Of a DNA stretch of 64,000 bases, positions 1 through 10,500 are shown in pieces. The stretch's first letter is position 1, and each line of letters starts with the position of its first letter. Source of the DNA: Peptococcaceae bacterium. Its GTDB lineage: Bacteria; Bacillota; Peptococcia; DRI-13; PHAD01. A program made the position numbers and the translations under genes. The DNA is taken from the NCBI GenBank assembly GCA_024655825.1, contig JANLFJ010000001.1:111497-175496 (forward strand), read 5' to 3'. Below the pieces are notes generated by a model. It saw only the letters and a program-made list of their open reading frames with translations, had not been told where the DNA came from and did no database searches.

Positions 1-8
1 GTGGTTTC

Positions 9-1739
9 ATGAACAAGCACGAAGTGGCCAGAGTTTTGCGCGAAATCGGCCTTCTTCTTGAACTGAAAGAGGACAACCCATTCAAATCAAGGGCATACTA
101 CAACGGGGCCCGGGCTGTAGAGCTTCTGCAGGAAGACCTCCAGGCGCTGGTCAGCGAAAAGAAACTGGAAGGCATAAAAGGCATCGGCAAGGCGCTGTCA
201 GAAAAAATCAGCGAGCTGGTTTTAACGGGGGACCTGGCGTACTATCGCCGGCTCAAGGCCAGCCTGCCGGAGGGCGTGCTGGAACTGCTGAAGATTCCGG
301 GGTTGGGACCAAAGAAGGTAAAGGCGCTCTATGAGGAGCTGGATATTTCCAGCCTGCGCGAACTGGAATACGCCTGCAAGGAAAACCGGCTTGTCGAACT
401 GCGGGGTTTTGGAGGGAAGACACAAAGCGAGGTTATGGCAGCAATCGACTACCTGAAGAAGTTCCAGGACCAGTACTATTACGCGGAAGCCCTGGGCCAG
501 GGACTGGCCCTGCTGGAAGAGATAAAAAAACATCCCGGGACGAAAGAAGCCAGCCTGGCAGGCAGTATCCGCCGGGCCAGGGAAGTGGTCAAAGACATTG
601 ACTTGGTGGCCGCAGGGGAGGATACGGAAAAGCTTAACCGGTTTTTTGCCGGGCTTCCCCAGGTCCGCGAGGTTTTGGAAAGCGGCGGGACCTGTTCCTT
701 GGTGCGGCTGGAAACAGGCATCCGAGCAAAACTGCGCGTGGTGGGACGCGAAGAGTACCCTTACGCGCTTTGCTATTTTACCGGGAGCAAAGAGCACAAT
801 GCCGCCCTGCGCCGGCTGGCCGGGGGAAAGGGCTATACCATCAGCGAGCGCGGGCTGTTCGCCGGGGAAAAGAAGATTGACTGCCGCTGCGAGGACGAAA
901 TCTTCCAGGTCCTGGGGCTTTCTTTTATCCCGCCCGAACTGCGTGAAGATAACGGCGAAATCGAAGCCGCAAACCGGGGGCGACTGCCGCAGCTGGTAGA
1001 GGACGGGGACATAAAGGGTGTTTTTCATATCCATACCAGCTACAGCGACGGGGTCAATAGTCTTGAGGAAATGGTGGCCGAAGCGGCAAGACTCGGCTTT
1101 CAATATATCGGGATAAGCGACCACAGCCAGTCGGCCTATTACGCCCTGGGCCTGAAAGAGGACAGGCTCAGGAAACAGCAGGAGGAGATAGCCGCCCTCC
1201 GGGAAAAGTATCCGCAGATTGCCGTATTCTCGGGGATAGAATCGGACATCAGGGCGGACGGCAGCCTGGACTACCCCGACGAGGTGCTGGACAGCTTTGA
1301 CTTCGTTGTGGCCTCCGTTCATTCCCATTTCAAGATGCCGGAAGAAGAGATGACCAGGCGCCTGGTCCGGGCCATGCGGCACCCCGCGGTGACCATGCTC
1401 GGCCATCCGACCGGCCGCCTGCTCCTGGCCCGTGAAGGGTACAGAGTGAATATGGAGACCATCCTGGAAACGGCCAGGGAAAACGGGGTCATCATCGAAC
1501 TCAATGCCAGCCCGGCCCGGCTTGACCTGGACTGGCGGCATCTCAGGAAGGCCAGGGAACTGGGCGTCCTGGTCGCCATCAACCCGGACGCCCACCGCCT
1601 CGAGGAACTGAACGACGTTTATTACGGGGTGCGCGTAGCCCGCAAGGGCTGGCTGGAGAAGAAAGACGTCTTCAACTGCCTTGAGGCCCAAGAGATCAGG
1701 AAATACCTGGAGAGAAGAAAAGAAACGATAATACGATAA
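9..1739 (+). CDS. polX: DNA polymerase/3'-5' exonuclease PolX (family X polymerase with C-terminal PHP domain)
   Basis: 576-aa ORF. N-terminal helix-hairpin-helix motifs (GIGKALSEKI, GLGPKKV). C-terminal PHP-type His/Asp motifs (HIHTSYSDG, ISDHS, GHPTGR). Confidence 0.9.
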   Translation: MNKHEVARVLREIGLLLELKEDNPFKSRAYYNGARAVELLQEDLQALVSEKKLEGIKGIGKALSEKISELVLTGDLAYYRRLKASLPEGVLELLKIPGLGPKKVKALYEELDISSLRELEYACKENRLVELRGFGGKTQSEVMAAIDYLKKFQDQYYYAEALGQGLALLEEIKKHPGTKEASLAGSIRRAREVVKDIDLVAAGEDTEKLNRFFAGLPQVREVLESGGTCSLVRLETGIRAKLRVVGREEYPYALCYFTGSKEHNAALRRLAGGKGYTISERGLFAGEKKIDCRCEDEIFQVLGLSFIPPELREDNGEIEAANRGRLPQLVEDGDIKGVFHIHTSYSDGVNSLEEMVAEAARLGFQYIGISDHSQSAYYALGLKEDRLRKQQEEIAALREKYPQIAVFSGIESDIRADGSLDYPDEVLDSFDFVVASVHSHFKMPEEEMTRRLVRAMRHPAVTMLGHPTGRLLLAREGYRVNMETILETARENGVIIELNASPARLDLDWRHLRKARELGVLVAINPDAHRLEELNDVYYGVRVARKGWLEKKDVFNCLEAQEIRKYLERRKETIIR

Positions 1740-1740
1740 A

Positions 1741-1764
1741 AAGGGAGCCGGCAGGCTCCTTTTA
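1741..1764 (+). terminator. Rho-independent terminator candidate after polX
   Basis: GGAGCC (1744-1749), loop GGCA, GGCTCC (1754-1759), then TTTT, 2 nt after the polX stop. Confidence 0.55.
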
Positions 1765-1793
1765 GTATATGTCAGGGTAATGGCTGCTAGACC

Positions 1794-1849
1794 ATCATGC
1801 CGCCTACGACCCCATCGGAAGGATGAAAATTTATTTTCAGGGTAGGGTA
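1794..1849. repeat. Copy 1 of a ~56-nt intergenic repeat (partner at 5573-5628)
   Basis: By-eye alignment gives ~50/58 identical positions. Shared blocks: atcatgccgcc, ccatcggaagga, gaaaattt, cagggtagg. Confidence 0.6.
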
Positions 1850-2252
1850 GTTTATATGCATGAATCCAAATACAGAATTGACCATAAGGCAACAGGATGA
1901 ATCTACTATGATGATCATAACTCATATTTTTTTGCATATTGTTCGTAAATTGACACATTTCAGCACAATCGATACTATTATCTTCTCAAGATAACAAATT
2001 GAAAGACAGCTTAAAAGAGAACGGGAGAGACAACACGACTAAACCAGCATTGTTCGATTACCCTGAAGCAGAACCGGATACCAGACGGCGGGTGGTCGAA
2101 CATGTGTTTTCCAGGGACGTAGCAACTGAATCACATGTTACGACCATGTCAGGGTGGGGATGCCGTTATGGGGTTGTTAAGAAACCAGCATAAGAGTTCG
2201 CCGCAGTACTATTCAGTATAGAGAATTTTATTATTATGAAGGAGATGACGCC

Positions 2253-4217
2253 ATGCAACTGAAATACCCGCATCTGTTTAGCCCCCTTCGGATAGGCAAT
2301 GTGGTTTTTAAAAACAGAATTTTCGTCGCGCCGTCCAATCATTGTCTGCAGGGACGTGAAAGCTATCCCACGGAGGCCGCCATTGTCTACTATGCCAATA
2401 AAGCCAAAGGCGGTGCGGCAGTGGTTACTGCCGGATCCGTCCGCGTTGACCCGCAGTTGCGCGACCCCAGATGCTCGGTGAGTCCGGTCTGGAACAAGTA
2501 TGATTTGTTCGACCCGTTCGGCTGGCGCTATTTTACCCAGCAGACCGATGCCATCCACATGTTCGGGGCCAAGGCTTCCATTGAGCTGATCCAGATGCCC
2601 AACGGCGGGTTTAACCTGGCCGATATGAAATGGAGAAAAATTTACGGCCCCAGTGCACAGACCTATCCCAACGGTCTGGTTGTAGAGGAGATGCCCGAAG
2701 AGGAGATGAACCGCCTGGCGGATGCCTTTGCTCAGTTGGCAGCTAACGCAAAGCTTTGCGGTTTTGATATGATCCTCATCCACGGCGGACATGGGATGCA
2801 GTTGGGGCAATTTATCTCCCCACTTTATAATAAAAGAACCGACAAGTATGGCGGCAGCCTGGAAAATCGCGCCCGATTCCCCATCATGGTTCTGGACCGG
2901 ATTCGTGAAAAGGTGGGACGCAGCCTACTCATCGAGTATCGCATCAGCGGAGATGAGCGCACGCCGGGTGGACTTGAAATCGCAGAATGCATCCAGTTTG
3001 TCAAAATGATTGAAGATAAGATCGATCTAATCCACGTTTCAGCAGGTGACGCCGGCACGGAGCGCACCCGCGCAATCATGCATCCCTCGGGGTTCATGCC
3101 GCCTGCGCCCAACGCATACTTGGCCCGAGAAGTCAAAAAATCCGGCGTTAAAATTCCGGTAGTAACAGTAGGAGCTATCTATGACCCCAATGTAGCTGAA
3201 GAGATTTTGGCCACTGGTGGCGCCGATGTTGTCGCTACCGTTCGTGGTATTATCGCCGACCCGCAAATGCCCAACAAGGCCCTGCAAGGCAAAGACGATG
3301 ATATTGTCCCGTGCATCAAGTGTTTCAATTGCTTAGATGACCACAAAGACCACCACTTTTTTTCCTGCACCGTCAACCCAACCATCGGACGGGAACATCA
3401 TTTCCCATATCTGCATAGCCCTGTGGCCGGCAGAAAGAAGGTGTTGATCTGCGGCGGCGGACCTGCCGGTATGGAGGCGGCACTGATTGCAGCCGGGCGC
3501 GGTCATGATGTCACGCTTTATGAGAAAAATGCAGTGCTGGGGGGGCAGCTTAACTTTTCCAACCATGTCAGTTTTAAGTATGATTTAAAGAAGTTCAAGA
3601 ATTATTTGATACGTCAGGTCGAGAAATCGGACGTACGGTTGCTCCTGAATACTCCGGCCACTGCTGAACTCCTCCGCGCCGAAAAGGCGGATGTCGTTAT
3701 TGCCGCCCTGGGGGCCGAGCCGATTATTCCCAACATTCCCGGCATAACGAAAAAATCAGTCATAACCGCGACGGATGCCTATCATCAGGTTGATAAAATT
3801 GGCCCTAAAGTTGTTGTTATCGGCGGGGGCCAGGTTGGTTGTGAGACCGGCGCTCATCTTGCCCTCCAGGGTAAAGAGGTTATCCTGCTGGAAATGGGTC
3901 CCGAGGTTGCGCCCGATGCGCTTCAAACATACCGTATTCCCCTGCTGGAACTCATGGATAAAACCATGAAGTACATTACAAACGCCCGCTGCACAGAAAT
4001 CACTGCTACAGGTATCAAGTATGTCAATAAGGATGGCAGCGAACATACAATCGAAGCCGATACCGTGGTGATTGCCGTTGGCATGAAGGCAAAGCTCGAT
4101 GAAGCAGAGGCTCTGCGCAACAGCGCCATGTACTTTAGGGCCATTGGCGACTGTGCCCAGGTAAAAAATGTTAAAATGGCCATCCGCAGTGGCTTTGATG
4201 CGGCAATGCAAATCTGA
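2253..4217 (+). CDS. NADH:flavin oxidoreductase of the OYE / 2,4-dienoyl-CoA reductase / enoate reductase family (TIM-barrel FMN domain plus FAD/NAD(P)-binding domain)
   Basis: 654-aa ORF with GAAGGAG RBS. OYE-like N-terminus (FSPLRIGNVVFKNRI, HGGHGMQLGQF). Cys cluster CIKCFNC...C. Rossmann motif ICGGGPAGMEAA and a second GGGQVGCE. Confidence 0.85.
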   Translation: MQLKYPHLFSPLRIGNVVFKNRIFVAPSNHCLQGRESYPTEAAIVYYANKAKGGAAVVTAGSVRVDPQLRDPRCSVSPVWNKYDLFDPFGWRYFTQQTDAIHMFGAKASIELIQMPNGGFNLADMKWRKIYGPSAQTYPNGLVVEEMPEEEMNRLADAFAQLAANAKLCGFDMILIHGGHGMQLGQFISPLYNKRTDKYGGSLENRARFPIMVLDRIREKVGRSLLIEYRISGDERTPGGLEIAECIQFVKMIEDKIDLIHVSAGDAGTERTRAIMHPSGFMPPAPNAYLAREVKKSGVKIPVVTVGAIYDPNVAEEILATGGADVVATVRGIIADPQMPNKALQGKDDDIVPCIKCFNCLDDHKDHHFFSCTVNPTIGREHHFPYLHSPVAGRKKVLICGGGPAGMEAALIAAGRGHDVTLYEKNAVLGGQLNFSNHVSFKYDLKKFKNYLIRQVEKSDVRLLLNTPATAELLRAEKADVVIAALGAEPIIPNIPGITKKSVITATDAYHQVDKIGPKVVVIGGGQVGCETGAHLALQGKEVILLEMGPEVAPDALQTYRIPLLELMDKTMKYITNARCTEITATGIKYVNKDGSEHTIEADTVVIAVGMKAKLDEAEALRNSAMYFRAIGDCAQVKNVKMAIRSGFDAAMQI

Positions 4218-4425
4218 TTCCACCCCATCAACCACAAGATGTTCTCCTTTTGGCTCATCTTCATCTTCTCACGTTCCCGGCCGGCATTCACTGCTTTGAG
4301 GTCGATGCGGACCACATAATCCTTATCTTTAATTTATCTAGGGGGGATGCCGAAAAACAGGAAACCGATGGTATTTGATGGCATTCCATAAATAAAATAA
4401 CAAAAAATGACAAGGAGGAGATTTA

Positions 4426-5481
4426 ATGAAAAAGGTTTTGGCATTAATCATCATTTGTGGTTTGCTGCTCAGTTTAATAACTGGATGTGGATCTCAATCC
4501 GCCCCGAAGACAACGACTCCCGAAAAGACCCAGGCCACCGGTAAAGCTGATTTCTCAAAAAAGGTTGAACTGAAATGGGCAATTACCGGGGCTCCCAATC
4601 AAGGATCCTCTCAAATGGATCAGTATTGCATCAACTTGATAGAAGAACGGTCGGGTGGCGCAATCAAGATTAAGTATTTCCCGAATGGCGTTTTAGGCAA
4701 CAATGCTGACACATTAAATCAGGTGATGGATGGTTCCCTTGATATTACCGGCGGCGATATTGCGACTGTTTCCGCGTATACTGATCTACTTGAAGCCTTC
4801 CAACTTCCTTTCCTAATTGACAACTATGAAAAGGAATGGAAAATTGTCCAGAGCAAGGAGTGGAAGGACCTGCTCAATGCTGCCAGCGAGAAAATGGGCA
4901 ATGCTTATATCTTCAGTACTTCCGAGTTTGGCATGCGTCACTTCGCAACCATTAGTAAACCTATTAAAAAGATGGCGGATCTGAAAGGATTAAAACTGCG
5001 GTGCGCTTCCAGCAAATTGATTATGCAAGCCATGAAGGATATTGGCGCTAATCCTATTACCATTCCTTTCACTGAGCTTTATAGTGCCCTGCAAAACCGC
5101 GTTGTGGATGGCGAGGAAATCAACATTACCTCCGTGGCAATGCAGAAGCACTATGAAGTGATCAAGTATATGTCACTCATTGGTATGTATCCATACGTAT
5201 CTTTAAACATTGCTTCCAAGGAAGTTATGGACTCGCTGCCGGAAGGTTATTGGAAACTGATCCAGGAGTGCATGGCGGAAGCTGAAAAATGGTATTACAC
5301 CAAAACTCTTTACGAATGGGAAAAACAGGCTCGTGAAACCTGTGAAAAGAATGGCGTTGTTTTCAATACGATTGAGGATCCGGAGAAATTCAAGGAAGCT
5401 TGCGCGCATCTCTATAACGAGTACGCTGCAAAGGATCCCAAGATTGACGCGTTTATTAAATTAGCCAAGTCAATTAAATAA
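4426..5481 (+). CDS. TRAP transporter substrate-binding protein (DctP family), probable lipoprotein
   Basis: 351-aa ORF with AAGGAGG RBS. Signal peptide with lipobox LITGC. Size and position directly upstream of TRAP small and large permease genes. Confidence 0.85.
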   Translation: MKKVLALIIICGLLLSLITGCGSQSAPKTTTPEKTQATGKADFSKKVELKWAITGAPNQGSSQMDQYCINLIEERSGGAIKIKYFPNGVLGNNADTLNQVMDGSLDITGGDIATVSAYTDLLEAFQLPFLIDNYEKEWKIVQSKEWKDLLNAASEKMGNAYIFSTSEFGMRHFATISKPIKKMADLKGLKLRCASSKLIMQAMKDIGANPITIPFTELYSALQNRVVDGEEINITSVAMQKHYEVIKYMSLIGMYPYVSLNIASKEVMDSLPEGYWKLIQECMAEAEKWYYTKTLYEWEKQARETCEKNGVVFNTIEDPEKFKEACAHLYNEYAAKDPKIDAFIKLAKSIK

Positions 5482-5510
5482 CAATAAAAACCCGTCTCGC
5501 AAAGAGTGGA

Positions 5511-5541
5511 GTGCCTGTAAGCCGTATCGGCTTGCAGGCAC
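5511..5541 (+). terminator. Intercistronic hairpin (attenuator/terminator candidate) between the TRAP binding-protein and permease genes
   Basis: GTGCCTGTAAGCCG / CGGCTTGCAGGCAC, a 14-bp stem with one G-U pair and a 3-nt ATC loop (the apical G-C pair is probably strained), 30 nt after the stop. A T-run follows only after a gap (aataatttttt). Confidence 0.4.
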
Positions 5542-5572
5542 GCATTTGTAATAATTTTTTATGAAGAAGACA

Positions 5573-5628
5573 ATCATGCCGCCCACGGCACCATCGGAAG
5601 GAAGAAAATTTCATTGACAGGGTAGGTA
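5573..5628. repeat. Copy 2 of the ~56-nt intergenic repeat (partner at 1794-1849)
   Basis: Same blocks as copy 1. Ends 5 nt before the TRAP small-permease start codon. Confidence 0.6.
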
Positions 5629-5633
5629 AAATC

Positions 5634-6146
5634 ATGAAGGTATTTAAAAAAATTATGAACGGCAGTTACTTTTTACTGACGTGTATTATTTCAATTATGA
5701 TTGTAGTAATGCTTATTATCATGTCTCTCGAGGTTGTGCGGCGATATTTATTCGGGCTTACATGGAGTTGGTCGGAGGAGGTAGTCAGGTACCTGCTGAT
5801 TTATGTGACATTTTTGGGCGGCGCTGCAGCTTTTAGGAGCGGCTCAATGGTCAGCTTTGACTTGGTTTTATCACGTTTTCCGCAAAGGGTGCAGGATATT
5901 CTCAGTGTTATTGTCAATACAGTATGCCTTGTGTTTATTGGATTTATTCTTGTCCTGGGGTTCAAGAAAGTAATCACTCCCAACATGATTTCCCAAGTAA
6001 GCCCCTCTTCGGGTATCGCCATGTGGATTCCTTATGCGTCCATTCCAATCGGCATGTTCTTTTTGCTATTGTATATAATTGAAAACTACTCTGTCTTGTT
6101 TCAACGTTTCAGACAGAACAGATCCGTAAAATCAGAATCTGATTGA
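5634..6146 (+). CDS. TRAP transporter small permease (DctQ family)
   Basis: 170-aa hydrophobic ORF with about 4 predicted TM segments, located between the DctP-like and DctM-like genes. Confidence 0.8.
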   Translation: MKVFKKIMNGSYFLLTCIISIMIVVMLIIMSLEVVRRYLFGLTWSWSEEVVRYLLIYVTFLGGAAAFRSGSMVSFDLVLSRFPQRVQDILSVIVNTVCLVFIGFILVLGFKKVITPNMISQVSPSSGIAMWIPYASIPIGMFFLLLYIIENYSVLFQRFRQNRSVKSESD

Positions 6147-6157
6147 GGTGACGCGTA

Positions 6158-7441
6158 ATGGTTATTGCGGCAATCGTTTTTGCAGTTTCGCTTATAATCG
6201 GGGTTCCAATTGCTTTTGTGCTTGGCCTATTGGGAACAACTCATTTTTTGACCTTGGGAGAACCCTCCTATTTCAACGTCTTGATCCAGCGCATGTTCTC
6301 GCAAGTCAATCTTCTCTCGCTGACCTGCTTACCCTTTTTTATCCTTGCCGGTGAAATAATGAACGCTGGCGGTGTTACAAAAAGGCTGCTCGGTTTTATT
6401 CGTGAGGTGATTGGCTGGCTTAAGGGAGGCATGGCATACAGCACTGTCATTATTGCCGCCATACTTTCCGCCATCTTGGGCTCGCCAAACGGAGTCGCCT
6501 CCATGTTATGCAACGTCTTGATCCCGGATCTGCGCAAGGACGGCTATCCCGATGAATTCAGCGGCGCCCTGGTTGCGGCTTCGAGTATTTTGGGACCGAT
6601 CATTCCACCAAGTATCCAATTTATCATGGTCTGCATGCTTACCGACACATCTGTCAAGGCCATGTTTTTAGCAGGCATCGTGCCTGGTTTGCTTCTCGCC
6701 GCCGTGTTTTGCATCGTCATCCTATACAAGGCCAAGAAGATGGAGTTTAAAGCGTCTATTGAAAGGATTAACATTATTAACCTTTTCAAAGCTTTCTTTA
6801 AAGCTATTCCCGCGCTAATGGTGCCATTTGTCATCATGGGCGGAGTTATCGGCGGTATATTTACCGCTACCGAATCCGGCGCAATTTCCTGCCTTGCGGC
6901 GTTCGCTGCAAGCCTCATTTACGGAGAACTGGAAATCAAAAAGATTCCTGCTATGCTAATGCGGGCCAGCGTTGTAACCGGTTCCATAATGCTCATGATT
7001 GCCTTTGGCGGCATTATTGGGTGGTCGATGGCCATTGACGGCGTGCCGGAGAAGATAATAGCGTTAATCACCTCAATTACCGGCAATACCAACATTATCA
7101 TTGCTATCATGCTTGCCATTCTATTCTTGGCCGGGATGGTGATGGATACCGGCTCAATTACCATGATATTTGTGCCTGTCATGTTCCCGCTCGCCCTGGC
7201 CATTGGGATGGACCCGGTGCACTTCGGCCTCGTGTTTAGCGTATACGTTATCATTGGATACATTACACCGCCTGTCGGCGTGGTCCTGTTTGTAACCTCC
7301 AACATTTCGGGCATACCTTTCAAAAAGCTCTGCAGTCAGATCTGGATGTTTGCGATAGGCTCCATGATCGTGATCAGTGTCCTTTCATACCTGCCCGAGG
7401 TGGTCCTTTGGATTCCAAGAATGCTGGGGTATAACAACTGA
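6158..7441 (+). CDS. TRAP transporter large permease (DctM family)
   Basis: 427-aa polytopic membrane ORF with GAGGTGA RBS and typical DctM size, directly following the DctQ-like gene. Confidence 0.9.
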   Translation: MVIAAIVFAVSLIIGVPIAFVLGLLGTTHFLTLGEPSYFNVLIQRMFSQVNLLSLTCLPFFILAGEIMNAGGVTKRLLGFIREVIGWLKGGMAYSTVIIAAILSAILGSPNGVASMLCNVLIPDLRKDGYPDEFSGALVAASSILGPIIPPSIQFIMVCMLTDTSVKAMFLAGIVPGLLLAAVFCIVILYKAKKMEFKASIERINIINLFKAFFKAIPALMVPFVIMGGVIGGIFTATESGAISCLAAFAASLIYGELEIKKIPAMLMRASVVTGSIMLMIAFGGIIGWSMAIDGVPEKIIALITSITGNTNIIIAIMLAILFLAGMVMDTGSITMIFVPVMFPLALAIGMDPVHFGLVFSVYVIIGYITPPVGVVLFVTSNISGIPFKKLCSQIWMFAIGSMIVISVLSYLPEVVLWIPRMLGYNN

Positions 7442-7565
7442 CTCGGAAGGGGCATTTGATGAGGCATTAGAATGTTGAGCAGCTCCTTGCCGCCGGTGTA
7501 CCCTACACTAATCTTTTCATCAATATTTCTGTGCTTTTCCATATCTATACCCCGTTATTCCTTAT

Positions 7566-10500
7566 TTAGTTTAAACCCCGGTGCATCTTCTTGTCCTCAA
7601 TAATGATGTTTTTAAAATAATCGTAAATCTCCATAATAAATGCTCTTTTGTTTTCTTCTGACATAGAAAAAAATTTGACCTTTAATCCTTCTATTTCGAG
7701 TTCGTCGAGCCGTTTTTCGCAGGTTTTGATTGCATCACGGACAATTATCGATTGTTCAATTGATAATACTTGCGGCGCTTTTCTTAATCGCTCAAGGGTT
7801 TGTATGGCTATATCAGCATTATATTGATTTATTTCACTAATTCTGGGCAGATTTCTTTTTACCCACTCTGAGGCAATTTCTTTACGTTTTTTAGATATTA
7901 CCTCTTTAAGCCCTTCATAGATAGAATAGCAATCTAAGGGTGGAGTATCATCAGCAAAAAACTCTAATGTTTCGTTTAAGCACTTTTCAACAGTAGCATT
8001 AAATTGTGCTTCATTAAGCTCCATATTATCAAGTTCCGCAAAGTGCTTTTCAATTAAATCCAGCTGTTTTTGAACCTGATTTAGGTCTTCAATGTCCTTA
8101 TTCTCTCCTTGATAAATTGTGATTAACAAAGCCACCTCGTTTCTCCAATTAGCGATTTCTCCTAAAGAGAAAAGTTTTTCTATCCGGTAAACCTTTTCAG
8201 TCCGTTCCTTATTCTTTTTAAGCTGCTCTTTGCATCCTTTCTGGAAAGTTGCTAGCTTATATGACGCTTCTGTCAAATCTCCTTCTACAAGGTGTCCATT
8301 TTTTTTAGCTTCTTCTAACCGTAAGGCGAACACTTGCACTTGTTCCAGCCAGTTTTTAAGAACAGCTATTGGGGTTAAATCATTAATGATATTATTTCGA
8401 ATCATCTTATCTATATCAGCTGCTGTTGTTTTGACATCATGAATAAAATGAACATTGTTTTCAACATATTCTACATGCTTTTTAAGCGAATCGTATTCTA
8501 CATGCAATCCCAGTTTCTTTAAATTGCCGCCGATATTGTTAATCATCATATATTTCCATTTGCTTAGTTCTTCGATGTTATAAGTGGTTTGATTTTTAAG
8601 CCATTTTAAAAACAATCGTTTAAGATGTAAAAGAGCGTTTTCGAGGCGTGTTTTAACTTCCATTATCTGTTCTTCATGCCATTGAGCAGTATTCACTTCC
8701 ATCTTTTCATGCAATTCAGCCAAATCAGCAGTTCCCCAAGATAATGAGCCAATATCATTCTTTTCTTTACCTCGTTCAATTTTTTCTATTGCCGTATTGA
8801 TCTGTTCATCATATTCTTTAATCTTCCTTTGAGCCCGACGAGCTTCATCGCATAAATGAGCGTATTTGTAATACAATGCGGGCGGAATAGAAAGATGTTT
8901 TTCTAATTCTCCGGCTTTTTTAAGGAAAGATATTTTACCGAGAAGTAATGTCTCCATATTCCAGTCATTTAATAGAGATTCCCATTCCGATATGCTCTTC
9001 TGAGATACTTTTATAACTTCAGTAGCATCGAGTACCGAAAAAGATAAATAATTTCCTTTAAGTGCCTCAGATAGCCAATTTTCCAAACTGATAGTGTTGT
9101 TGTTAAAAAACAGATTAATTATGTCCCTTCTTTTTCCAATAAACAAACCAAGTAACAATCCGGCAGAAGCAATATTGCACCCATAGGGAGGAGCACATAA
9201 AACTCGCATTATTTCTCCAAGATTCATAGATTTGGTATCATCGGTATCGCAGGTTGTGTTTAACTCGGATTCAAGATATTCAATAATATTACGAACCGCT
9301 GGATTCTTTGGTTTTAGTCGTATTGAACCGTCATCGTCAATGGCCCCCCAGGACTCATCAAGTACATCGTAAGCTCGATTTCTTTGTTGCTGATTGCATG
9401 CTGAAATCCAATCGCGGTTCAACGTACCTTTGAATAGTTCCCGTGTAAACAGCTGGCAGTCTTTCGGGCCATTGCCTCGTAATGTACTAAAACCATCAAA
9501 AGGAAAAGGTATCCGGTTATAATAAACTATATCGAACAATTGAAAGAGCATGTCACTAAGGCGTCCGGTCTTAATTTCCTTGGGAGTTGCAAAAAGAATA
9601 TGCCTGTCCCTTTCCAATTCGGAAAAAAGATTCAGCATTTCCTGCTCCACAATATTTTTTCTATCTAAAATATAATTACCATACTTTTGTGATTCCTCAT
9701 CTGTAAGTTGTTCATTTAACACCCAATATTCGGCCACCTTTTCTCCAAAGACGCCTGTGCTGTCATGAAGGAATAAAACTGCGAGCGGGATACCGGATTC
9801 CCAGTTCAATCCTCTTTGTTTCAAATTTGATTGTATAAGCTCTATTGCCATCTTCTTAATAACATCAAGGTTGCTTTCTGGCCCTACGTAACAATAGATC
9901 AACTGCCCCTTGTTGTCATTGACTTCTTTTGCATCCTGCCAGGTTCGCACCGCATAGTCAATCATGCTTTTAAGATTAGCCACATCAGAGTAAGAGATAT
10001 GATAGTTCCATTCTCGTGTAGAAATCTTATTGCTTTCTGCAAAGCTGGTATTGTATTTGTCCTTATTGGTCCATTTCAAAAAATTACGGCAGAATATATC
10101 TGATCTGGTTTGCGCATCAATTTCCTCTACTCTTTTTTTGAGGTAAGATAAAAAGTTTCGCCTAGGAACGGCCTCGCCGGATATCTCGTATTGGTTTAAT
10201 AGCCCATTCCATTCCAAGACGCCGTATTCTAATTCAAGCACCTTAACGGATGCTGCGACTGAATCGAAATCTATACCGCTAAACATGCTGATGGCATGGA
10301 GATAATCTTCTTTTGAATCCGTTTTAAGGCCAATCTTCGCAGATACCAAGACAGCTTTTAAGACTCTTTTATCATCTGGAGAGAACTCGTGCTTATATTT
10401 ATATAAAACCGATTCATAAGCGCTGGCCGTAGCTCCCTGCTGCCCATAACGTTCCGAGGCTAAAAATTCACTGATCAACGCTTCGTTGCAGAAATCGGTT

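Noticed and set aside
222-1958. 578-aa minus-strand ORF covering the whole of polX.
   Set aside because: It is antisense to a gene with clear PolX/PHP motifs. Its translation is low-complexity (Pro/Gly/Ala/Arg-rich), typical of shadow ORFs in GC-rich coding DNA.
1999-2193. 64-aa plus-strand ORF in the oxidoreductase leader.
   Set aside because: It has no RBS, starts with a non-ATG codon and has no recognisable features. The region is better explained as a structured 5' UTR.
7336-7542. 68-aa minus-strand ORF just downstream of the island's last gene; it could be a ninth small gene or a gene remnant.
   Set aside because: Two thirds of it overlap the 3' end of the convergent TRAP permease gene, and I recognise no motif. 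It may still be a remnant of the insertion junction, but the evidence is too weak to call.
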